A DNA stretch of 64,000 bases from contig JAXMBP010000023.1 in NCBI GenBank assembly GCA_046349795.1, forward strand, positions 4,023 through 68,022, given 5' to 3'. Under the pieces are notes generated by a model. The model searched no databases and had not been told where the DNA came from. It saw nothing but the letters and a program-made list of their open reading frames with translations. The stretch comes from Pirellulales bacterium (GTDB taxonomy: Bacteria > Planctomycetota > Planctomycetia > Pirellulales > Pirellulaceae). The translations under genes were made by a program, and so were the position numbers. The stretch's first letter is position 1. The number at the start of each line of letters is the position of its first letter. Below are positions 10,034 through 19,422 of the stretch, piece after piece.

Positions 10034-10386
10034 GAGTAACCTCAAGTTGCGACGAGTGTCAGAGATGAGTAATGGGTGGACCAAGTCTGCTAGCGATGAT
10101 TATTTTCCAAGTCAAATTCCCGTCTCAAACAGTCTGGGGAAATGACACAGCGCTCCGTAGGATGAAAGGTCGAAACCCACGCCTCCATTCTACGCCAAAT
10201 ACCCTTGAGTTCCTACGTCGAAGGGAATTTATCGATCAAAACAACGCTTCCCGCTTTCTTTTTCTCGGTCTGCGGCGGATTGTCCAGTTGGGAATTTCTG
10301 TGGTCCGGCCCCTACCGAGCTTGCCTCGGTAGTGCCTAGCTCGGAACCTAAGCCGACTAATTCGGCAGACAATTTCTGTGCAATGG

Positions 10387-11022
10387 CTAAGCCAGCAGAT
10401 TGTGCAAATAGCGGTAAAGAACATCGAGCGCATTCTCGTTCTCGCCACCTCGAGGAACGATGATATCAGCGTATCGCTTCGTTGGCTCAATGAATCGGTA
10501 GTACATCGGGCGGACAGTGGTTTCATACTGGTCCAAGATCGAATCCAGTGACCGACCGCGCTCGATCATGTCTCGACGCAGCCGCCGAATCAGACAGATA
10601 TCCAAAGGCACATCGACAAAGATCTTCAGATCGAAAAGCTGGCGTAGTTTAGGATCATGAAGGACAAGAATCCCTTCGACAATCAGCACTTTGGAAGGAG
10701 CTTGCGGAATCGTCTCAGATTTTCTAGTGTGCAACGAATAGTTGTACTGCGGAATCTCGACGGGCTGGCCCAGTTTAAGTTGCTGCAAATGTTGGGCTAA
10801 CAATTCATGTTCCAACGCATCGGGATGATCGTAATTGATCTGCGAGCGCTGTTCAAAGGTCAAATCGCTTTGAGCGTAGTAGTAATTATCCTCGTGAACA
10901 ATTGAGACGTCCTGGGGAGTTCGTGTGCCCAAAATGCGAGAACAAAGTTGCCGAGCCAGCAGACTCTTGCCCGCACCAGATGCTCCGGCAATGGCAATCA
11001 ATGTAGTTTGAGGTTCACTCAT
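10387..11022 (-). CDS. udk: Uridine kinase
   Basis: IAGASGAGKS, HEDNYY, NYDHPDA, IVEGIL, RRLRRDMIERGR, PTKRYADIIVPRGGEN. Confidence 0.95.
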   Translation of the reverse strand: MSEPQTTLIAIAGASGAGKSLLARQLCSRILGTRTPQDVSIVHEDNYYYAQSDLTFEQRSQINYDHPDALEHELLAQHLQQLKLGQPVEIPQYNYSLHTRKSETIPQAPSKVLIVEGILVLHDPKLRQLFDLKIFVDVPLDICLIRRLRRDMIERGRSLDSILDQYETTVRPMYYRFIEPTKRYADIIVPRGGENENALDVLYRYLHNLLA

Positions 11023-11042
11023 TTTTCTAAGAGCTCAATTCG

Positions 11043-11399
11043 TTAGATGCCGAGCGAATCTATTTTGGCGGCCAGGATGAAATCATTCTCGCTGAGGCCA
11101 CCGATAGCGTGCGTGTAGATTTCGATCCAGACGTTGCGATAACCTTCTAGATGAAGATCGGGATGATGAGCGTCTTCTTCGGCGATTCTGGCGACATTCT
11201 GAAAAAAATCCAGAGCCTGCAAAAAGTTCTTCAATCGCCAGTCTTTGCGAATTCGCTGTCCATCGTGAGTCAATCGCCAGCCTGTCAATCTAGTGATTTG
11301 TGCCTGCGCATCGTCGACCGAATACGGCTGAACGCCACCTTCACAAGGTTGGCATCGCTTGCCCGCCAATTGCTCCGCTGAACAGATTTCTTGAGACAT
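11043..11399 (-). CDS. phhB: Pterin-4-alpha-carbinolamine dehydratase
   Basis: CQPCEGG N-terminus; AEEDAHHPDL; YTHAIGGLSENDFILAAKID. Confidence 0.92.
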   Translation of the reverse strand: MSQEICSAEQLAGKRCQPCEGGVQPYSVDDAQAQITRLTGWRLTHDGQRIRKDWRLKNFLQALDFFQNVARIAEEDAHHPDLHLEGYRNVWIEIYTHAIGGLSENDFILAAKIDSLGI

Positions 11400-11426
11400 A
11401 CAAATCGCCTTGATTGCTGATTGAAT

Positions 11427-12446
11427 CTAGATTCCACGACGAGCCAGAATGTCGTCGAAGTCGGTAAGGTGGTAATCAATTCCCACGTAGTCCAGAACCT
11501 TACACAGGCCACGCAGAGCAACGCCGAATCCGTCGGGTCCACTGAATCCACCGAACTGCCCACCGCCCTTCACGTGCGGTTCCAGATCCAAAAAGACGCC
11601 TGGAGCACCTAACTTCTTCATCCGTTTTTCAATCTTTGGAAGTTCCGTTGCCAAGTCTCGAAGAATCGCTTCGTGTCCAGTATCGCCTAGATGGGCTGGC
11701 ACAAAGTTTTTCAGCGAAGCCTCGTCAACGTGCGTTAGTCTGCCAGCAGCGCTATTGTGCCGATAGTCTTTGATGTGCAGCCAACCCAGGCCTGGCTTCA
11801 TAGCTAGATACTCGCCGAATACTTGATCGGGAGTCATGCCCTGACAAACAAGATTGGCTCCGTCGAAAATTAGGACCAAGTGATTGTGCTTCACCTTGCG
11901 ATGAATCTCGGCCAATATCTTGCCGTTTTGGCCCACAAGGTTTGCTTCGACTTCGAGCCCAAATACTAGGCCATTCTTCGCGCACAGGTCCGCAACGGCA
12001 CCCAGTTGATCACAAACTTGAGTTAAATGATCCTCTGGTTTTGTCCCAATCGGATGGTAAAACGAGAAGCCACGCAACAGCTTTGTTCCCAGCGTGTTGG
12101 CAACATCGCAAGCGTGCTGCACATTCTTGCTCAAGTATTGCTTGAACGGAATGAACTTGTTGTGGCTGCCGTCCTCGACATCGATCAGCTTAACCTTGCC
12201 AATCGGTGATCCAATTGTGGCGACCGACAAACCGTACTCGGCTTGCAGCGAAACAACCTGCTTCAGCTCTTGCTTACTCAAGTCCATCGAATTCTTGATG
12301 CCGCTTCCTACGTCGATGAAACGAATGGAATAGTACTGTAGACCCGCTGCTGCAAGCGCCGCAAACTGTTGAACTGCCAACTTTTGATTAGCGGCTTCGT
12401 CTGCGAATCCGCTAAGAAGTACTTGTGAGTTTGTCATGATGGTCAA
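11427..12446 (-). CDS. Sugar-phosphate isomerase/epimerase family TIM-barrel protein
   Basis: SGFADE, IGSPIGK, RGFSFY, FDGAN, HIKD, LEPH motifs. Confidence 0.85.
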   Translation of the reverse strand: MTIMTNSQVLLSGFADEAANQKLAVQQFAALAAAGLQYYSIRFIDVGSGIKNSMDLSKQELKQVVSLQAEYGLSVATIGSPIGKVKLIDVEDGSHNKFIPFKQYLSKNVQHACDVANTLGTKLLRGFSFYHPIGTKPEDHLTQVCDQLGAVADLCAKNGLVFGLEVEANLVGQNGKILAEIHRKVKHNHLVLIFDGANLVCQGMTPDQVFGEYLAMKPGLGWLHIKDYRHNSAAGRLTHVDEASLKNFVPAHLGDTGHEAILRDLATELPKIEKRMKKLGAPGVFLDLEPHVKGGGQFGGFSGPDGFGVALRGLCKVLDYVGIDYHLTDFDDILARRGI

Positions 12447-12520
12447 TCCTAGGATAAGTTAAACAGCGAGCCCCTAATTGATTGGCTCTTCAGTTGCTTG
12501 GCGATCGTCAAACGGGTTGG

Positions 12521-12886
12521 TTAAGCTTTGGCTTCGTAGTTTACACGAATCACCGATGAAATGCCCCCGCGCGGTGTCCAGCGACTTTCCAGACTAGCCC
12601 GTCGAGGTTTGCAGGCAGCCACGAAGTCATCGAGTATGCGATTGGTGATGTTCTCGTAAAAGATCCCCTGATTGCGGAAGCTTTGTAAGTACAGCTTCAG
12701 ACTCTTTAGTTCCACACAGGTCTTGTCAGGCACATAGCGAAAAATTAGAGTTCCGAAGTCGGGCTGGCCAGTCTTAGGGCAGACCGAGGTGAATTCGGGG
12801 CAGTTGATCTCAATTTCGTAGTCGCGATCTGGAAAAGTGTTGTCAAATATTTCCAGTTGATCTTGAAATGGTGTACTCACCAGCAA
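12521..12886 (-). CDS. queF: NADPH-dependent 7-cyano-7-deazaguanine reductase (preQ1 synthase)
   Basis: PEFTSVCPKTGQPDF and the QueF motif VELKSLKLY. Confidence 0.95.
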   Translation of the reverse strand: MLVSTPFQDQLEIFDNTFPDRDYEIEINCPEFTSVCPKTGQPDFGTLIFRYVPDKTCVELKSLKLYLQSFRNQGIFYENITNRILDDFVAACKPRRASLESRWTPRGGISSVIRVNYEAKA

Positions 12887-13025
12887 AAATCTCCATGAAG
12901 AAAACGGGTCGATAATAACTCAAGTCTTTCTCGAGCATTTTAGTTAATCGGCAAGCGACTACCTCCCCCAACCGTGCCGTGGCAGTTTTTTCCACGCGCC
13001 TAAGCACCAATCGTTAAGTGCAAGT

Positions 13026-13762
13026 ATGCAAGTTGAAGGCACAATTCAAAAGGGGGTTAAGCTACGCATTTGCGAAATCTATGCCAGCTTGCAAGGTGAA
13101 GGACTGCTTACGGGCACGCCGAGCCTTTTTGTACGTACGAGCGGCTGCAATCTACGATGCTGGTTCTGCGATACGCCGTTTGCTTCCTGGAGACCCGAAG
13201 GGGAATTTGTGTCCGTTTCAGAAGCTGTAAAACGGATTGGGCAGGTCATCACATCCCAATCCGCACCTTCTGGGCAGTTGAAACACGTAGTTCTTACAGG
13301 CGGCGAACCGATGATTTGCGTATGTCGAACTCACCGGGAGCTATCCGCGAGGCTGGTTTACCTTAACCATCGAAACGGCTGGAACGATCTGGCGCGAGCT
13401 AGAATGCGATCTTTGGTCGATCAGTCCCAAATTGGCCAGTTCCGCACCCAAGCAGTCTGGTACGGCAAACTGACTCACGAGAGCGTCGCCAGCGTATGGA
13501 AGTGGTTCGGCGGATGATGAAGCAGAACTATCAGCTCAAATTCGTAGTCAACGATTTGGGAGATGCGGCTTCGGAATCTTGGACATCTTCAATCGCTCGG
13601 CGAATACCAATCATTCGAAGTATTGCTGATATCAAGGGACAACGGTAGAGAAACTGGATCAGCAGGCTCGATGGTTAGAACCGTGGTGCCAACAACACGG
13701 TTTCATCTTTTGCCCGCGGCAGCTTTTGTCTATTGGTTTTGGAAATCGCGCGCTTTACTTAG
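13026..13762 (+). CDS. queE: 7-carboxy-7-deazaguanine synthase (radical SAM); 3' half broken by indels
   Basis: [34 protein letters not shown]. Downstream frames give [24 protein letters not shown]. Probable stop at 13760-13762. Confidence 0.88.
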
Positions 13763-14117
13763 GTCGTACTGTTGGTTTCGCGACATGATGTAACGCTACA
13801 GGCAAAATTGGTTTTCTTGCTTGAAGAGATTTGTGAAAAATCTTTCAAGGCAATCATTCAGCTACTTTTTGCCTACGCGAGAATATCTCGGACCGAGCTT
13901 CATCATGGCTGCGACCCACTTACATCGAACCCATGAATCTTCTTGTGGTTAGGTGCACCAGCGAGGCGTTTACCTTGACCGTCAATTTGAGCCAATCACT
14001 GATGCCTGAATCACTCTAAACCTCAAGCAAATTCGAATATTGCCACCCTATTGACGTGTTTGGGCTATCTAAAATGACTATTTCAGTCAATTGATTCAGG
14101 TTTTCAGTTTTGTTGAC

Positions 14118-15670
14118 GTGCAAAAAGTATTTTTGATATACCAACCTACCTGTTCCTGCACTTCTTGAGGAAATCGTTAAACAAGCCAAACAAGGAGGTA
14201 TTGAACTTTTGCTCGCAAAAGATGACGCGAACAGAGGCGAAAACTACTACGCAAAAGTACGCCAAACAGATTAACTCTAACACATTACAAAGCTCTTTGT
14301 CGCGGCACTGCCAACGATAGTGAGTCTGCTGAACGCAAAGGCAACGGTTGGCTTCAAGAACTCGGAATGTGGATCGGAAACATGGTGATAGAAACACCTT
14401 AGTTTTGTACGAAGAAGGTGTGTCGTTTCCGGTTCCGGTCCCGCGTGCAGTGAAGATTGGAGTAAGCCCTCAACAAAGCAACGAGACCATAGCCGCATCT
14501 GTAGTCAGTGCAATATCCGAACGTTTGAATACGAAACGTTTGCCAGATCCAGAGTTTCGTGTTGTTGTAATTGAGCATTCTGCAGGCGCTCGAGGCATTG
14601 CTCAGAAAATCCAAGTGGAACTGAACCGACATTCAATCAATATTTCCGGCAATCAAAGGAAGATTCGTGCATCGCTACTAACTGACAGTATGCATGACAT
14701 ACAGATGGAGTTTCCGGGATTGGCTGGCATGCTCCGCCTCAAGGCAATTTTGAATCGAACGGACTTTGCTGTTTATGTCGTAGGTGAAGATTCAGGAAAA
14801 GCTAGCAGTAACGCCTTGGGGCCCTTCGCTCTAGGGATGTTGGATGGAAGGGCGGGTCTAACGGCTGATTATTTTCTCAAAGTTCGATCCCGCGACAACC
14901 TTACCGGCCCATCAAATTTTAGCGGTAGCGATTGGATAAATTACGACGAGTGCAGCCCCCAATTTTTGAATGAGCTGCTAACTCATATTCAATTCTACAT
15001 TCGTAATGGCAGTCGGCTCCGTTATGACAAGGTTATCCAATATATTCAAGGAGTACCAGCTCTACAGGGCTGGACTTTTGAGGACTTGACGGAATCTGGA
15101 TTAGATTGCGCACGTTATCCCAATGACCTTCTCCCACCATCGCTTGCTTTCTTTGCTGTCGTTGATAAGGATCGTACATCGCTGCGATTCACAAACGACT
15201 TATTCACTGTGTGGGATCGATTGATAATTTCCTTGAAAAAGATTGAAAGTCAAGTGAAAGCGCTCGTAAACGACTGGGGCAGAGCAGAGCGAGCAAGTCA
15301 AATGGCCGCGCAGTACGAACTGGAAACCGCATCCATAGACCTCAATCAATTCAAGGAAAAGCTGCTTAATTGGCGGACTAATTTGCCATCGTCGTCCCCT
15401 GCAATTTCCGGATTCAATGTGCTTAAGAAGCACTTTCTAAAAGAACTCAAATCTGTCAGTTCTCCCCAGATCGCCCAGCTTGACGACATTGCAATATTCG
15501 AGTCGACCTTGAAAGATATTTGGAAGCTCATTAGTCTTTTAGAGAGGGACCGAGCCGTTCTTGGCTCAGAGTTTTTTCGAGTACTCAGTCGTCCAGGGGT
15601 AGACTTAAGTTCGCCAAAGCAATTGCTGCCTACACTGCGAAAATCGTCAGAGGAGTTTTTTCATGGATGA
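14118..15670 (+). CDS. Putative tandem TIR (CAP12/Pycsar-type, PF10137-like) protein with helical C-terminus; 5' end broken by indels
   Basis: Fragments from GTG 14118 join as QKVFLIY / LLEEIVKQAKQGGIELLLAKDDANRGENYYAKVR / KLFVAAL / NGWLQELGMWIG / KHGDRNTLVLYEEGVSFP (TIR1). ORF 14348-15670 aa 70-200 reads FRVVVIEHS-AGARGIAQKIQ...TDFAVYVV...PFALGMLDGRAG...PSNFSGSDWINYD (TIR2). Recognised by eye. Confidence 0.6.
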
Positions 15671-16136
15671 AAGCGCTTCACCTTCAGCTAAATTCGATCA
15701 ATTCAGGTCATGGATTCGTAAGAACGAATTGCAATCCGCAAGGCACCGAAGAGATGCTTTTGATACCGATCTGCAAGTTCGAGAATTGGTAATTTGTTAC
15801 TACGCAGCGCAGCAACTAATTAACGCTGGAATTGAGGACGGCGAACAGTTGAAGAAGCCGATCGAAAGAGAATTCAAGTCTGACGTCCAGCGTTTTCGAA
15901 AACTGCGGGTCCGATGGCAAAAGCTAGGCAGCTTACTTCTGGATGGCGACCAACAAGTGTTTAGCCAACGACTTGAAGAATTGGCGAAGCTGTGGAATGT
16001 GAGTTCCGACGCGCATTCTAGTATGCTTAAGGAAATGCACAATCAATCATTCCTATTGACAGCATCATCGGGGCTAACCCCGTCCATAGTGACGGGTCAA
16101 TTTGGCAACCTATCATCAAAGTCATCTCAAGACTGA
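15663..16136 (+). CDS. Hypothetical helical protein (157 aa), 8-nt overlap with the upstream gene
   Basis: Open ORF; ATGGATGA start/stop overlap; no motif recognised. Confidence 0.7.
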   Translation: MDESASPSAKFDQFRSWIRKNELQSARHRRDAFDTDLQVRELVICYYAAQQLINAGIEDGEQLKKPIEREFKSDVQRFRKLRVRWQKLGSLLLDGDQQVFSQRLEELAKLWNVSSDAHSSMLKEMHNQSFLLTASSGLTPSIVTGQFGNLSSKSSQD

Positions 16137-16171
16137 GATCCGTGGATTTCGATTGAAATTAGGATAATAAG

Positions 16172-19100
16172 ATGGACCAAAGAACTGTTTCGTCCCTTTC
16201 ATTTGAAGGATACATCGCCCTAATCGCCTATATCAAAGACGACGAAAAGCCTTACGACATCGACTCGAAATCTTGGGTTGCGACACCAAACGATTTCTTG
16301 AAGCACTCGCAGGCATACTTGAGTAGAATCCAAGCCTTTGCCATATCTGCTGGTGTTCATTCAAGATTTGACCCTTGGCTATACAACTCCAAATGTTGGG
16401 TTGCATTTGGGCGTGCCGATCGAGTTGGGCTGGTGTTACTTGACGATTTCGACCCGATCTTCAAAATCACGTCAGAACTTTCAATTAGTATCGAACGGAT
16501 AGCAGTAGCGTTCTGTCCGAGAGTCAGCGATTTGCTTGACGAAGAAACTCGCAAGTATATTGTTCCGCTACATGATAAACTTGTGCCGACTGTCTCCGAT
16601 TCGGATCTACTCGCGATCGCACGATTCAAGTTAGGTCCGCTAGCGTCATTAGGACAAGGCTTGCTTGTTCAACAGTCGATACTTCGAGCTGTTGCCGCAC
16701 GCATACTCTCGGTAATCAATGGGCTCAAGGAAAAAAAACTCGCATGCCAGAATTGCAATATTCTTGACAAAGATCTTAGCCCTGAAAATCTTTGGTGCTC
16801 GCTCCTCAATCCACAGGGATTTGATGAGCTTGCGATTGTAATCGGCACTACCAATTACTCGGTCGCTGGAGCTATTATTGCCGGTATAAGATCTCTGACA
16901 CTGGCGCATGTTTACGCCGACGGAAACGAAAAGGACGCCCAAGATATACTTAAGACTCAGATTGTACCCTCTAGTTCGGTTATCTTCAGTCGTCAGCAAG
17001 CCTCGCAACAGGATCAGTCTGCGGGATACAACATTCCAGGCTATATCCAAGAGCTATTGGACGGTGGCAAACATCGGATTCGTTCGCCCGGGTTGCCAAG
17101 AAACCATCTCTTCAACTCTGGATTTTCCACACTCGCTGCGTCCGAAAATTGTATCAATAACATCGAAGACTCCCAAGTGGGCGGCTACATAAATGTTAGG
17201 GCTGAATTCGAAATTCATCCGGGTCATGAGGATGTAATTACCGAGACATTTCGAGGCCTGATTGGCGAAAAAAGTGTTGACCTCGGAAAGAGCTGCGACA
17301 TTGGTGTATTGGAAATGGGCGTGAAAGATCTTTCTTGCACGATATCTGACGAGGCTCGCAATGAGGTTCTTTGCCCTCGTGGGGTTCGAACTGATGAGTT
17401 TCTTAAGTCAGTAAGAGAGTATTACAATAGATTTCCGCAACTCGCAAACCTTCAGGGAGGCGAGAATGGGTTGCGATCAGTGACGTCGATTCTCTGTATT
17501 CCTTTTCCAAAGCTTGATGTTCATCGCGTGCCATGGGTCATATCCCCGTCCCCGTCGATCGACAATGTAGTTCATAATACTCGACAATATTTCGAGGGCC
17601 ATGCTCCCATGGTCGAGGCCCTAGCACATTTGAGGCAGAAAACTGAGTACGAATTTAACTTAAAGCAGTTGTCGGATTCGTTGGTTCGCGCGGGTGTGCC
17701 GCGAGCACTACGCATATCTATCCGGTATCTATACCAAGATTTTTTTCTAAACATTGCTAATGCTGGTTCGCTGGATGGTGTCCTGGACCTGTATGACGCA
17801 TTTTCAACGTTTTATTTCATACTGACGTCGGGGCTCAACAATCGTATGCGTCGGTATCCAGAAAAGGATTTTGAGACGATTAAAGACTTGCTCGACGCTT
17901 TCCAGAACGCTTTCGTTCACCGAGTCAGTGCACCGCATGGATTCCATGAATATCATGATGTCTCAATCGATTGGCGCGGTGGGATGAATCAACTTACAGA
18001 AGCAGCTGACTTCACGTTAAAGGGGGTTGAGGGGCTTCTGAAACATTGGGCGCGGGAAAATGGCAAGTTGGAGCAAATGGATTTTTACAAGCGTGTTGGG
18101 AGCGTAACCGCTGTCAAGCTCACTCCGTCAGCGAAATGTTCTCGGCCGCTATTCCGGGATATTGGCGATGAAAAAGAATGGCACAGTCTAAGCTACCTTC
18201 ACGTTAATGTAGGGCATATTTTTAACCCTTTTATGTATATTGCATACATACATGAAGGTGCGCATATGATTCGCTTGGTAAGCCCTTCCCGACACGACAG
18301 GCTTAATGCGCATGTAAAGGCACTGAGAAAGCAATCGGCTTGGTCGGGCGATCGGTCGGCACAAGTGCGTGCGAAGTTCCTTGCAGATCGTCACGACGAG
18401 CAGTTTGCCAATGCAATCGTGTATAGATTTCTCTTTCATCCAAATTGCGAACTTTTTTACAAGGTTTCAATGACGCAACTTGGCATGTTCTTGTCTCCGC
18501 TAGAACCGAAAGTTGATCGATCGCGTCGATTCTTAGAATATGCGATAAGAATATTCCTGGCTTCTGACCCCTGGAATTTCCCTCAAGATTGGAATGGGGG
18601 CAATATTGCAAAAAGCCGAATTAAAGATCGATTCAAGAAAACAACAAGAAATGGTATAAGGTGGTTTGCTGCAGCAGATGGAATCGTTGATGAGCCAAAG
18701 TTCCAAGAAATGATGGATGTGGAAATTGAAAAAGCGTTGGTTCAATCTGTTCCGTTTGCGATAGATGAATGGAAGCATGCGATGGATGTTTTCGATTGTT
18801 ATGCAAATTGGGAGAAGGCAATTCCGTGGTGTTGGGCGACTTCAAGGGGCGAGTCTGGTCCGATGCGAGAATCTGTGCTTTCTAAGATCAGAGCCACTAC
18901 CCGTGACATCATTAGAGAGTCGTTTAGGACTGGAGACGCAACAGTAGCAAACAAGATTCGCAGAGGCTTGAAAGAGCAGTTTCCAGAGCATTTCCAGTCA
19001 GGGGAGCCTGTATTAGATGAGTTCATTCTCGTGTGCGAGTTATTGCAATCATACTATGAGTTCTTATTTAATGATATAGATTGCGATAAGGAAGTGTTGG

Positions 19101-19345
19101 TCCCTCGCAATCGTGATTCTAGAAAAGTAGACTTCGATACGTGTAATGAGAAAAAGTGGAACTTGTTTCTTTTTGATCACGGAGCTTCAGGTCCGTTTTG
19201 TGTTGATGCTGAATCACGTAAGCGACATTTGAAGGCGCAGGTGGTTGTCCTGAAAAAGCTTTGGGATATGTCCACAACTATGAGAGGGCGGCGTCTTGGA
19301 CGTATGTCTGTTGTTAGAATTAATGACCACTCTCGCGCGAAATAG
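16172..19345 (+). CDS. Large hypothetical protein (1057 aa) with HExxH zinc-metallopeptidase-like motif
   Basis: Intact 3.2-kb ORF with AGGA upstream. AYIHEGAHMI at aa 691-700 (HEGAH nt 18251-18265) and downstream DEQFANAI. The N-terminal half has several G-x-x-D-like beta motifs. Confidence 0.75.
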   Translation: MDQRTVSSLSFEGYIALIAYIKDDEKPYDIDSKSWVATPNDFLKHSQAYLSRIQAFAISAGVHSRFDPWLYNSKCWVAFGRADRVGLVLLDDFDPIFKITSELSISIERIAVAFCPRVSDLLDEETRKYIVPLHDKLVPTVSDSDLLAIARFKLGPLASLGQGLLVQQSILRAVAARILSVINGLKEKKLACQNCNILDKDLSPENLWCSLLNPQGFDELAIVIGTTNYSVAGAIIAGIRSLTLAHVYADGNEKDAQDILKTQIVPSSSVIFSRQQASQQDQSAGYNIPGYIQELLDGGKHRIRSPGLPRNHLFNSGFSTLAASENCINNIEDSQVGGYINVRAEFEIHPGHEDVITETFRGLIGEKSVDLGKSCDIGVLEMGVKDLSCTISDEARNEVLCPRGVRTDEFLKSVREYYNRFPQLANLQGGENGLRSVTSILCIPFPKLDVHRVPWVISPSPSIDNVVHNTRQYFEGHAPMVEALAHLRQKTEYEFNLKQLSDSLVRAGVPRALRISIRYLYQDFFLNIANAGSLDGVLDLYDAFSTFYFILTSGLNNRMRRYPEKDFETIKDLLDAFQNAFVHRVSAPHGFHEYHDVSIDWRGGMNQLTEAADFTLKGVEGLLKHWARENGKLEQMDFYKRVGSVTAVKLTPSAKCSRPLFRDIGDEKEWHSLSYLHVNVGHIFNPFMYIAYIHEGAHMIRLVSPSRHDRLNAHVKALRKQSAWSGDRSAQVRAKFLADRHDEQFANAIVYRFLFHPNCELFYKVSMTQLGMFLSPLEPKVDRSRRFLEYAIRIFLASDPWNFPQDWNGGNIAKSRIKDRFKKTTRNGIRWFAAADGIVDEPKFQEMMDVEIEKALVQSVPFAIDEWKHAMDVFDCYANWEKAIPWCWATSRGESGPMRESVLSKIRATTRDIIRESFRTGDATVANKIRRGLKEQFPEHFQSGEPVLDEFILVCELLQSYYEFLFNDIDCDKEVLVPRNRDSRKVDFDTCNEKKWNLFLFDHGASGPFCVDAESRKRHLKAQVVVLKKLWDMSTTMRGRRLGRMSVVRINDHSRAK

Positions 19346-19422
19346 CCGACCGGGTTAACACGAGCAACTCGACTTTCGGCGAGAGAGTAGCAAGCTCGAC
19401 ATTCTGGATTAAGGTCAAAGCC

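Noticed and set aside
12887-13025. preQ1 riboswitch between queF and queE
   Set aside because: No recognisable preQ1 aptamer consensus in this short divergent promoter region.
12521-19345. Dpd (7-deazaguanine DNA modification) defence island, suggested by queF/queE beside the island
   Set aside because: No DpdA/TGT-like, DpdB or helicase genes. queF makes preQ1 for tRNA queuosine, so these look like housekeeping genes flanking the insertion.
14118-19345. CBASS, Pycsar, Thoeris or Avs assignment
   Set aside because: No nucleotidyltransferase/cyclase, SIR2/Macro, STING/cNMP-binding or Walker A motif recognised in the three proteins.
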